Of a stretch of 58,304 nt of DNA, positions 25,409 to 35,911 are shown piece after piece. Location of the stretch: assembly GCA_002633005.1 (NCBI GenBank), contig NMRA01000629.1, positions 182,535 to 240,838 of the forward strand, in the 5' to 3' direction. This stretch comes from Phoronis australis. Its lineage: Eukaryota > Animalia > Phoronida. A program made the position numbers and the translations under genes. The notes beneath the pieces are model-generated. The model was not told where the DNA came from. It ran no database searches and saw nothing but the letters and a program-made list of their open reading frames with translations. Each line of letters begins with the position of its first letter. Within the stretch, counting starts at the first letter, position 1.

Positions 25409-26581
25409 TCACGTGCAAACTTTGTTTTTGCACACATCCTTGACCCAAGCATTTTGATAGCAATCGGTCTCAGGGTTCTCGAAATCTGTGATCACTTTGT
25501 GCCATTTTGGTGGTTCATCAAGTCTCTTGTTTAAAACGGAGCAAAGTTTCGTCCAGGCGTAGGTACCTAAAAATCTGTAATCGTAGTCAATTCTGTAAGT
25601 TTTCCTCCATTCATGAAATTTTCGGTAAGCAGACTCGTTTTTGTCCAACACGTTTAAATATTCTGTTAGTTCTTTTGGCGACTGAAAGTCATCGGCAAAA
25701 ATCACAGAATTGGGTGGAATTTGTTTTAAATAATCTTCTTTATAAGCTCCAAGTACAACTGGTACTGCACCATTTCCAAATGCTTGCATCCACATTTTGA
25801 AACTAATATAATCCCGACAATTTGAATTTTCAAAAGCCAGAAAAAACTTGTATTGTTGTATTTTTGAACACGCGTTCTTTGTATAGTGACCTTTGCACTC
25901 CAAAGTTCCGCATTTTCCATAGACGTCAACTTTGGCATATTTCTGCATCTCCTTAATATAGCGCCCTCTACCATTTGTGACATAATGGCAGTTGCTTACC
26001 ATTCCAGCGACAAGCTTATTTCTGTTATGAAAGATGGTTTCGATATTAGTTAACTGCTTTTCTGTTTCGTTTTTCTCCACAATCCACCCGTGTAGCATAG
26101 GAACGTCAGCGTCAGTTCTATAGGTCATAGTCCAATTGAATGCCAGTTGCCCTTTGAAGTCTGTCATTTTGTAGCGCCCCACGTAGTCCAACATAGCAAA
26201 GTAGGGAGGTTCTATGTTGAAGTATATCCACCGCTGCCATGAACTACGGGTCCCTGGCATGTCTTTTAGGTGCGGAATGTTTCTTACTTCAATCACGATT
26301 GCGTGGCTGTTTTCGTACAACGATTTGTCCCTGGTCACTAAGCAATTTCCAAACGTGGCATTGATAGGAAGTTTGTTCTCCCTGCTGAAAAATGCAGGAC
26401 TCCAATCCAAAATTATGATTTTCCGTGGAAGCGGCTGGGTCCTCACTGTACTGTCAACGATTCTAATGCGTTCTTGTACAAAAGTTACGTCTCCGCCGGC
26501 AACCCACATATATAGAATTATGAATATTGTAGCACACGCCATGGCGCCAATAACTAACATGCTTGCATTCATTCTGACCAT
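25409..26581 (-). CDS. Alpha-1,3-fucosyltransferase-like protein (glycosyltransferase family 10), type II membrane, single coding exon, 390 aa
   Basis: Intact ORF from ATG 26581. N-terminal hydrophobic anchor; motifs QRWIYFNIEPP, FNWTMTYRTDADVP, VSNC, VDVYGKCG, YKFFLAFENSNCRDYISFK and AVPVVLG...PPNSVIFADDF. Confidence 0.95.
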   Translation of the reverse strand: MVRMNASMLVIGAMACATIFIILYMWVAGGDVTFVQERIRIVDSTVRTQPLPRKIIILDWSPAFFSRENKLPINATFGNCLVTRDKSLYENSHAIVIEVRNIPHLKDMPGTRSSWQRWIYFNIEPPYFAMLDYVGRYKMTDFKGQLAFNWTMTYRTDADVPMLHGWIVEKNETEKQLTNIETIFHNRNKLVAGMVSNCHYVTNGRGRYIKEMQKYAKVDVYGKCGTLECKGHYTKNACSKIQQYKFFLAFENSNCRDYISFKMWMQAFGNGAVPVVLGAYKEDYLKQIPPNSVIFADDFQSPKELTEYLNVLDKNESAYRKFHEWRKTYRIDYDYRFLGTYAWTKLCSVLNKRLDEPPKWHKVITDFENPETDCYQNAWVKDVCKNKVCT

Positions 26582-26586
26582 TGTAT

Positions 26587-26606
26587 CTAAAAGAAACAAA
26601 ACAACA
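26587..26606 (-). promoter_or_regulatory. Splice acceptor of a 5'-UTR intron of the fucosyltransferase gene
   Basis: Minus strand reads ttgttttgtttcttttag|atacaATG: a polypyrimidine tract and AG ending 5 nt upstream of the ATG. Confidence 0.65.
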
Positions 26607-27439
26607 GCTATTTATTTCTTGGAAACTGACCAGAATTCTATTACACTTATTTAGAGAAATATCTGCTACGAAGCTCGTGCCTATGCATGTTCTGGTAAGA
26701 CCTTACTTTTCTCGCAAAAAACTTGGTCTACGGATAGTTCCCGTTTGTTAACGCACAGGGCATAAAATGACCTAGGCAATGACCATCGCCTCTGTTGGCC
26801 CGAACCAGAGGCGATGCAGAGGCTATAGGCGCTCTGTACGCCGGAAGCTTTTCGGCGAATTATGCCTCGCACCGACTAAACCATCAAAGTCACGTTGTTA
26901 TAAATACCTTTTGCGCATAGAGGAACACCTTAGGAGGTTGTCGATGTGTTTAATTCCTTCCAATTCGAACAAATACTCCCGTTATGAAACTTTTTCTTCG
27001 AGCAGTCCCTATTTCAGTTCCCAAAATCGTGAAATCAGCATTTTCATTTTTTTTAACCAGGCCGAAGGTCAGAAGTTGCGGACCTACGCAAAAGGTACCC
27101 GCTCATCCAAAACCTTTACGGCAAACAGATAGCGCTGGATGCAATGATGCTTTACTAACAGGCAGCGCTGCTTACAGTCATGTGACATTCTTGTGTGAAC
27201 TGAATCTTGACCCAGCTCCTTGACCTACATTCTACAGCTGCTGACGTCACATCGCCGTTGGGACAACGTGACATGATGAGCTCAGTGCTTCACCCTTTGT
27301 TTATACTGTCAGCTGTTATTAATCATGGCCACCAGCATGTTCATAGTGCATGGTTCAGTTCGTTAAATAGATACTATATAAGTTGAAACCACTCTCTTTT
27401 GCCTTAGTGTTGATAGAACATAAAATATTACAGACGTTT

Positions 27440-27655
27440 CAGTGGCGGATCTAGGATATCACAAGGGGGGGCCCAACATTTTGTCCGGCTGGAAGCATTT
27501 TGCGCAAACTGAACCACGATTGTAGATGCGCATAGCACCGAATGGGGGGAGGTAGGGAGGGGGGTTTGCCCCCCTTCCGCCCAGGAAATTTTTCTGTTTT
27601 TACCTCTAAAACTCAAGCATTTTCCTTGATTCCTGAAGTATTATCCAAGAAAAAA
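27440..27655 (+). mobile_element. MITE with CAGTGGCGGATCTAGG terminus, truncated by N gap
   Basis: Typical GC-rich MITE terminus; interior shared with 5550-5683. Confidence 0.6.
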
Positions 27656-30393
27656 NNNNNNNNNNNNNNNNNNNNNNNNNNNNNNNNNNNNNNNNNNNNN
27701 NNNNNNNNNNNNNNNNNNNNNNNNNNNNNNNNNNNNNNNNNNNNNNNNNNNNNNNNNNNNNNNNNNNNNNNNNNNNNNNNNNNNNNNNNNNNNNNNNNNN
27801 NNNNNNNNNNNNNNNNNNNNNNNNNNNNNNNNNNNNNNNNNNNNNNNNNNNNNNNNNNNNNNNNNNNNNNNNNNNNNNNNNNNNNNNNNNNNNNNNNNNN
27901 NNNNNNNNNNNNNNNNNNNNNNNNNNNNNNNNNNNNNNNNNNNNNNNNNNNNNNNNNNNNNNNNNNNNNNNNNNNNNNNNNNNNNNNNNNNNNNNNNNNN
28001 NNNNNNNNNNNNNNNNNNNNNNNNNNNNNNNNNNNNNNNNNNNNNNNNNNNNNNNNNNNNNNNNNNNNNNNNNNNNNNNNNNNNNNNNNNNNNNNNNNNN
28101 NNNNNNNNNNNNNNNNNNNNNNNNNNNNNNNNNNNTAAAACTGCACACATTTAAATCTTTTTTCATCCGTATAATTTTAATTACCGGGGTTAATTAATAA
28201 ACTCACCATTTCTACGTGGTGAACCATCAGCTGCCGTCCCGTGCCACGGCCAGTCCGGTCTGCTGGGCTCAGTGTTGTTGGCTAACGAGACACTGAACGA
28301 AAAAGTAAATATCGCAAGAGAATAAAACCTAACATGCATATCACCATGTATAATTTAAGCATAATTTAAAAAATATAGTGGCTATATTTCAACTTAATTA
28401 AAATTATAGTTGTTGAGTTGCCAAAATCTCGCCGGGCGGAAAAGTGGCCGGGCCCGGTTTAGTAGCCTCACCATGGTCACGTTCATTGAATATATATTTT
28501 ACCCCAGCGTTTAAGCCGAGCAACCACAACAACGTAGATTATTAACACTTTCATCGTAATTATATGTTATCAATAGTTATTACAAATGGGGTTTTAAACA
28601 CGGATATGTCGGACACAAAGACTTCTTTTCCACACAAATTCGCCACTCATCAGTACATTCACTGTCTGGTTCATGAACTCTCGTGACCTGTGGCTACAGT
28701 CAGCAGCAGAATATAGGTCAAGGTGCTTGGTTAAGATTCTCTGGCAGACAGTCTTACTTGAGCAATAAAATGACACGTTATTGATGAGAAGCGCCATCTG
28801 GTTGCCGTAAAGGTTTTGGATGAGCGGGTACCTTTTGCCGGACCTACCGGCGAACTTTGAAAGCTGAAGTTCCCGCCCTTCGCGTAGGTGCTGCCGGGAA
28901 CCAGCCGTGCATTTGCCGTGTTGTTAAACATTAAAATGTCAAATATGTGCACAAAGACTATTAAATGTCATATCAACAGCATTTATTTTTATCAAATACA
29001 AACAATAATTCATTGAAATACAATCAGTTTCAAGTAACGCCAATTAAACTGAGACAAGTATAAGTGGTGGCATTTTGGAAACGAACATTTGACTGACAAG
29101 ACCGCAATGGCTCACCTTTTGCCTATTTAAAGATTGAGGTCATGAAGTCACATCACCTAGCGAGCGCGGTAAAAATTGGAGCGTGCGCAGTATAAAAATG
29201 GTGAGTTCACGATTTTGGGAACTGAAATAGGGACTTTGTAAGATTTGTCTCCCTTGGACTTTTTTCGTCAACAGGCGTGATTTCACGTAACTTCCTCAAA
29301 ATGGCGTCCCGTGAGAGAAACTCGAGCGAACCGCGAGGTTTTCATGGATATGTTCAAGTTATTTGTAGACTAAATTGTATCCAGAGTCAGAGTATGTGTT
29401 AATTATAACTCCATGTGCACATATGCATGTTTCATTTGATTTTATTTGCTGTATTTTGAAGTGAGTAACTTTTTATGGGGATACACTATCGCCCCTGTAT
29501 GCCTGCGGCAAGGCCTAGACCGGGTTGAGTTCCAATTCATGTCGTGAACACATCCACTACCACAAGAAACTGTAAGAGCACCGCATTTATCCACCTTCAC
29601 TCTTATCAGGCTTCTATTGACATAGGGCCGTAGGAAGCGGGGGGGCCGGTGCCCCCCCCCAAAAAAAAATTTTCAGCGTAGAAGCTTCTGCAACATTGTA
29701 TTTTGATTTGAAGTAGTTTTCTCAGACTTATAACGAAATTGAAGAATCTGACTTAGTTATCAGAAAAGCATCATAAAAACGTGTGGATCAGGCAGCTTTT
29801 ATTTCGCCAAAGAATCGTTTCCCAAGACTGCAGAACAAGACTTCAAGTTGATGTTTGGCCTCACGTGTGTCCAGTAAGTGTTACATTATATCTAGCAGTA
29901 GCACGTGCAGTTCTAAGCTTGAACTTTGGTGTTCAGTGCATTATTCGAGATGTCGACCACAATGGAGGTAATTGAGTTTTCTAACGTTGTGGAGTTGTTT
30001 TTACTGTTCACTGTGATTGTCGCATGCACGTTATAGCAGGAAACTGGAGTAAATTTCGATCAGTGGTCACAAATTCTGTATTTTACAGGGCCTTGGAGAA
30101 CTCGTGGCGTCGATTGGATACGACTCGCAGAAAGCTGGAAGTCTATACGACACATACAGTAACCTTGTAACACAAGCTGTTGAATCCCCTCTTTCTACAT
30201 CTAGTTTGTTGGAAAATGCTCTGATCGACGAGTTCGCAAAATGCATAATTCCCGAATCTCACCAGTCAACACACGAACCCATTCGCACATCTGGGGACGG
30301 CAACTGTTTATTTCGAGCCGCTTCTCTTTGCATAACTGGTATAACTTTATATTTTTCGTAATAGATTTTTGACTTTTACTTTAGTCGATATTA

Positions 30394-30530
30394 CATGGGC
30401 GGCGCAGCATTTAGTGGGGAGCTATATTCCCTCAGCCCCCTATCAGGTGCGCCGCCTACGCCCGCGGACGGTGCACCACTGAATTAAGGGGGGTGATAGC
30501 CTCTCAGCCCCCTATAGTGCGCCGCCCATG
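30394..30530. mobile_element. Tandem pair of ~67-bp mini-MITEs in the hAT intron
   Basis: Outer ends catgggcggcgca ... tgcgccgcccatg; the pair is flanked by tatta on both sides. Confidence 0.7.
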
Positions 30531-33500
30531 TATTAAGAATCGATTTTGGCTCATAGTGTTTGTTTTCTGATCGTGTTTTTGCTGAACGTAAACGACAAAT
30601 CACACGGTCTGTCTAGAAATGTAATGAATTACCCGTTGCTAAAATAGAAGTCATTGACTATTATGGTAGAAAAAGCCTGGGTTTTGAGGTATCGGCTAAT
30701 TCAAACATGTACCCTGTTTTAATAATGATGAATAGAGATATATCTTAACTTGTGTGACAATAACTTGTATAATGACGAAAAACTTATAGTATTAACACTC
30801 ATTCTCTAAAATTAAAGAGTTTAAATATTTTCAATGAAATTTCCAAAGAACTGGGAGTGAAAAATTGAAAAAAGGGGTCAACGACCCACAGTTTATCTAT
30901 AGTGCAGAATACTTTCTCCAACTGTGGTATTCATGCATAAAGTGCATGCATTTAACATTAACTACGTTCACTCAACTCCTATGCTGGAAGACCGTAGATT
31001 TGATCGTTTGCACAGGAAGCAGTTATTGATTTGATCACGGTGATAATACACGTGCACCTTTTGCATTTTGGTCTCAAATATTGTTTGTTCACCATATTTC
31101 CGGATAGCATTCAACAGTGGCTGTAGTACAATGACAAAATAGAATTTGTGAACTACTTTTGTAAGTCCCACAGTGTCGCATTATAACGGGGAAATCAGAA
31201 ACGTATTTCACTTTCTTATGAAACGCGAGTAGTAGCTCAGTGAAACATAAGAATATGAGACACAGAGTTCCTTCTTTCATACCCAAAAAGTAAAAGAAAT
31301 ACATGTACGTTAAAAAATATGTTATAGGCTTTGCTGTACTACTAAATGTCAAATGAACCAAAGTTCAATTTGGATAAGCAAAATGACGCCCATTAGCGGA
31401 GTGCGTGTTTAACAGAAACTACGAAGTAAATAGCCTATGCAAATTATCACAACAGCCTAAAAATACAAAATTAGTTTTTACATTAACACATCGCGCCTTA
31501 CTAAGGTTATGTAGCACCTTCTCGTCATGCCTGTATATTTAGCCAAATACATATATACCAAATTGTATACAACTTAGCCCAGCAAAAGTATATTTTTGGA
31601 AAGTAGTAATTCCGTAGAATTTGATTTTTGATTTCAAGTTTTTACATTAACACATCGCGCCTTACTAAGGTTATGTAGCACCTTCTCGTCATGCCTGTAT
31701 ATTTAGCCAAATAAACTTATACTAAATTGTATACAACTTAGCCCAGCAAAAGTATATTTTTGGAAAGTAGTAATTCCGTAGAATTTGATTTTTGATTTCA
31801 TACCAGTCCGTAACTAAATAGGTTGCTTGACATTAACTTATAGGAAAAGTTAGCAAATTAATAAGGTACATTCTGTTAATCAAACAAAACAACGGCGTCA
31901 ATAGCATGCGCAAATTTCGTGTAGTATAATTGTTTAAGATAAAATCTCAAAAACGCTGTTACAATTTTCTAAAATATCGCTTCGTTTTCGTTTTATGCAA
32001 CTTTGTTTTCATTAAAATCTGAAGCACTATTTTGATTAGCCCTCATGCAAAAGCGAACATTTTAAGAAAAATTCCTAACAGCTGTTCGAGAACAGTGTAT
32101 CGGAATTTGAAAGTTCGATGCAAATTCAATACATTTTTGAATTTGGAAAAAATTGGAACTCTTATTAGGTTCTACATAACTTTAAAAGCACAAAATGCAA
32201 AACTTAGATTATAAAAAATTGTGACAAGTTTCCGNCGGTTTCCTAGCAGAAAACTAACCTGAAATTGTGCAAATAGTAATGTTAGGTTCGCGAAGGCGGT
32301 TACATGTATGTGGCTTGTCCCTTTGAAACAACTATCATCCCGTACTTTGTTCTGTGTATGAGCGCATTTTGGGCATTTGCCATGAAGTTGGGGACGTGAA
32401 ATGGGAAAAAAAACATTGTCATTCACTAAAAGTGCCATTTTGGAAAGTCGAAATTATGTCTATAAACTCTTTCCTGGAATAAGGCCCATTTACGAATTTC
32501 TTGTCATTACACAGAATTTCAAATCCCATCTAAAGTATCGCATGGCCTTATTTTACAAAGGCAAGTAATCTCTTGATACAACCTTGCAGTTGCTTAATTT
32601 CTGTTTATAGGTGACGAATCCCTCCACGTGACATTAAGGCTGCTGACTGCAGCCGAGCTCTTCATTCACTCTGACTTTTATGCAAGGCAGCCACACGTTA
32701 TTGCTGCTACTCAGAAAGAAAACTCTATATCTTCGGATTTTCAAACATTATTCACTGTGGTAATGTAATCTCTTGATACAACCTTGCAGTTGCTTAATTT
32801 CTGTTTATAGGTGACGAATCCCTCCACGTGACATTAAGGCTGCAGCCGAGCTCTTCATTCACTCTGACTTTCATGCAAGGCACCCACACGTTATTGCTGC
32901 TACTCAGAAAGAAAACTCTATATCTTCGGATTTTCAAACATTATTCACTGTGGTAATGTCTCAGGAGGACGGTCTTGGAGACACTAAACGATGATAATGA
33001 AGCAGCCATTGTAAGAGAGGCAAAGCATCTGTGCCAGGATGATAATTGGAGTGGTCTCATGGCTGTCATGGGTCTGTCGTCTGTATTGAAAATGCCAGTA
33101 ACAAGTGTATATCCCGACGTAGGAAAAAGTGTTCATTACCTTCATGGAAAGATCTTACCACGTGTATTAGGAAATGCTTCATGCAACAAATATGCGATTT
33201 TCTTGTGGTCTAAAGATGGAAATCTTGACAACCGACCCGGCGCGATTTTTGAACCAAATCATGTCGTAGCAGTTAGAATAAAAAACACACGCCCTGTACC
33301 TGAGTGTCAAATGAATAAAAAAAGATTTTGCGACGATTCCCAGGAATGTTCAAGAGCAAAGAAGCAGCACGCTTCCAGTCACCAAAGAAAATATGTGCCT
33401 TCTTTAAGGTAAAATCCCTACCTGTAACCAGTAACTCACTCACGCTCGAAACTCACTTAATAGGCGGCGCAAGCAAAGAAGCAGCACGGTTCCAGTCACC

Positions 33501-34772
33501 AAAGAAAAATAGGTGCCTTCTTTAAGGTAAAATCTCTACCTGTAACCAGTAACTCACTCACGCTCGAAACTCACTTAATAGGCGGCGCATCATGCACTAA
33601 ACCTGGAGGTGCTTCAGCTTGGAATATAAAAAATAACTCTGAAACGTCAAACACAGAACTATCGGACGTCCTGGAGTCCCACAGTAGCTGTCCTACGCAG
33701 TTAGCAAACAGCACTTCTGAAGAAGCCACATTGCACACAGAGCCACTTGTGGTGAACGCTGGGACTCACAAATCTGGTACTACGAATTTAGAACCATCGA
33801 GCCAGTCACAGGAGCTTTATTGTAGCTCTTCAGCACCAAGTGAAAACTCCCAGACTCACCAAAACAGTTCTTCTCAGTCGGATCACACCATGCAAGAAAA
33901 ACGTGGTTTACACAACATTCCCGAGCATCCACACAAACCTTCAAATCACGTCTTTCCAAAACGACCTTTTGGCAAGAAAAATCGTCAATTTCAAAAACAG
34001 TGGTTTATCTCATGGCCGTGGCTGCATTATATTGAGGGGGAAGATAAGGTGTTGTGTCACATATGTGCAAAAGCTTACCACATGGGTCTGCTGTCTTCAG
34101 CAAAACAAGAGGTATCATTTGTTGTTACTGGTTATACCAACTGGAAAAAGGCTACTAACAAGACGTCTGGCTTTACGAAGCATGAGAAATCTGAGTGCCA
34201 TAAAGACACATATGTGCAAAAGCTTACCACATGGGTCTGCTGTCTTCAGCAAAACAAGAGCTATCATTTGTTGTTACCGGTTGTACCGACTGGAAAAAGG
34301 CTACTGACAAGACGTCTGGCTTTACGAAGCATGAGAAATCTGAGTGCCATAAAGAAGCAATGGAACGCACACTGATAGTGAAGTTGTCTGTCAAAGATGT
34401 TGCGGAACAACTGTCAACAGCCCACGGAGAGCAAAAGGCGAAAAACCGCAGAATGTTCCTGAAAATATTAACAAACATACGTTTTTTGGCAAGACAAGGT
34501 ATACCATTTAGGGGTGACGGAGATGAACAAGATTCCAATTTTATTCAACTACTCCATCTAAAAGAAACAGAGACAGATATTTTGAAATCATGGTTGTCGC
34601 AGAAAACAAATAAATATACGTCTCCAGATATTCAAAATGAAGCGATCAAACTGATGACTTTAAAAGTTCTCCGAGAAATAGCGTCGTGCATTCGCGGCAG
34701 TCCTTATTTTAGTATAGGCCCTACTGGCAGACGAAACTACTGACGTGTCTAATAGCGAACAACTCGTCGTTN

Positions 34773-35911
34773 CGAGTTGCCACTCCGTTGGCGTTTATTA
34801 CTGAGCGTTCTGTTTCAAAATGAATTATTCTCACCCTAACCAATACTTGTATAAAACTGAAACAAAGTCTGTCTCATTAGATGCAATTTATAATGCCTTT
34901 AGAGTGTTCGTAAGTGCACGAAATGATTTGAGAAGCCAGCAATGAATAAACCACTGCGTTACCGGCTTTAGGTGCAATAAAACTAATTGATGGGCCACCG
35001 CGAGGTTGTGTGAGCTCATGCTAATTTAGTGTTTGCTGGCAGAAACTGTTGTGAAACAACTCGATTTCCACCCCACGACCAGGTGTTAGGGGAATCTTTA
35101 TTTACATTTACATTACTCAAATAATTATTGTCAATGTACAACCTCTGCCCTGACGGTGCTGTGGCCAAAGCGGAACTGAATTCGCGGCCCCCGACGAGTA
35201 AGTAGATTTGCAGTTTCGTGGCTAATTGACCAACATACTCACGTGCACATTACTTTGGCTCACTAGTATAGTATTTTCTTGACTAGAAGTTTAGTTTCCA
35301 CTGAACTTTGGCTGTTTTGTTCGTGATGTCTGATCAGTTTCCGAGCCACTGGCCGGGATTCGAGTCAACCTGAATCCGGCCGGCGCCGCCGCGACGGGCC
35401 TGATCGGGCTCCGAGCCACTGGCCAGGATAACAAGCGTTTTGTGTTTAGAACTCAAAAAATCACAAGTCTAAACAACGCAGATCTAGGTTCTCCTGTCTG
35501 TATCTCACGGAAAATACTTCGAAATTATCTCCGACCGCAAACTCCTGCTACGGACAGTTATTGGCCTGCCGATTTTTGTAGGCTACGGTGTGTCCAAATA
35601 CCAATAAATCTGTAAGAGCGAAATGAAACAACACGTTTTTGTAAGAACTCGGTGTATTTTTAAGAGTTTTACATCGAAGTTTGATGATTTATTGGTGCTA
35701 AACGATGATTCCAAGCGATAAGCTGACATCAGTAACCCGTGTTGTGAACTGCTGAACAGAATGCGTGTGAAACCGATGACGTAATTGGATAATTTCAACA
35801 CCTCAGTCTGCCGTCCGGTGTCAGGTAACGCAAGCTAACGTGTCGTTATGGAGTAGAACTACTCGATCTAAATTGATACAAATTAGGTTGTTTTTTGGGT
35901 GGCATGCTCCT
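34773..35911 (-). mobile_element. Kolobok-type element family A, copy 2 (partial), inserted in the hAT transposase
   Basis: Reverse-complement match to 171-1655 without the MITE. Terminus gggtggcatgctcct|TTAA at 35912-35915. Confidence 0.85.

Noticed and set aside
26582-26599. ORF-track start of the fucosyltransferase at TTG 26599
   Set aside because: It lies in a polypyrimidine splice acceptor; the ATG at 26581 is the plausible start.
26214-26654. 146-aa plus-strand ORF antisense to the fucosyltransferase
   Set aside because: Shadow ORF of a real gene with no independent motif.
30089-33412. Stand-alone host vertnin (VRTN) gene
   Set aside because: It lies inside hAT TIRs and reads through into the transposase, so no gene symbol was assigned.
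33900-34771. Host ZMYM1 or THAP12/PRKRIR gene
   Set aside because: The similarity reflects shared hAT ancestry; TIRs and disruptions indicate a transposon.
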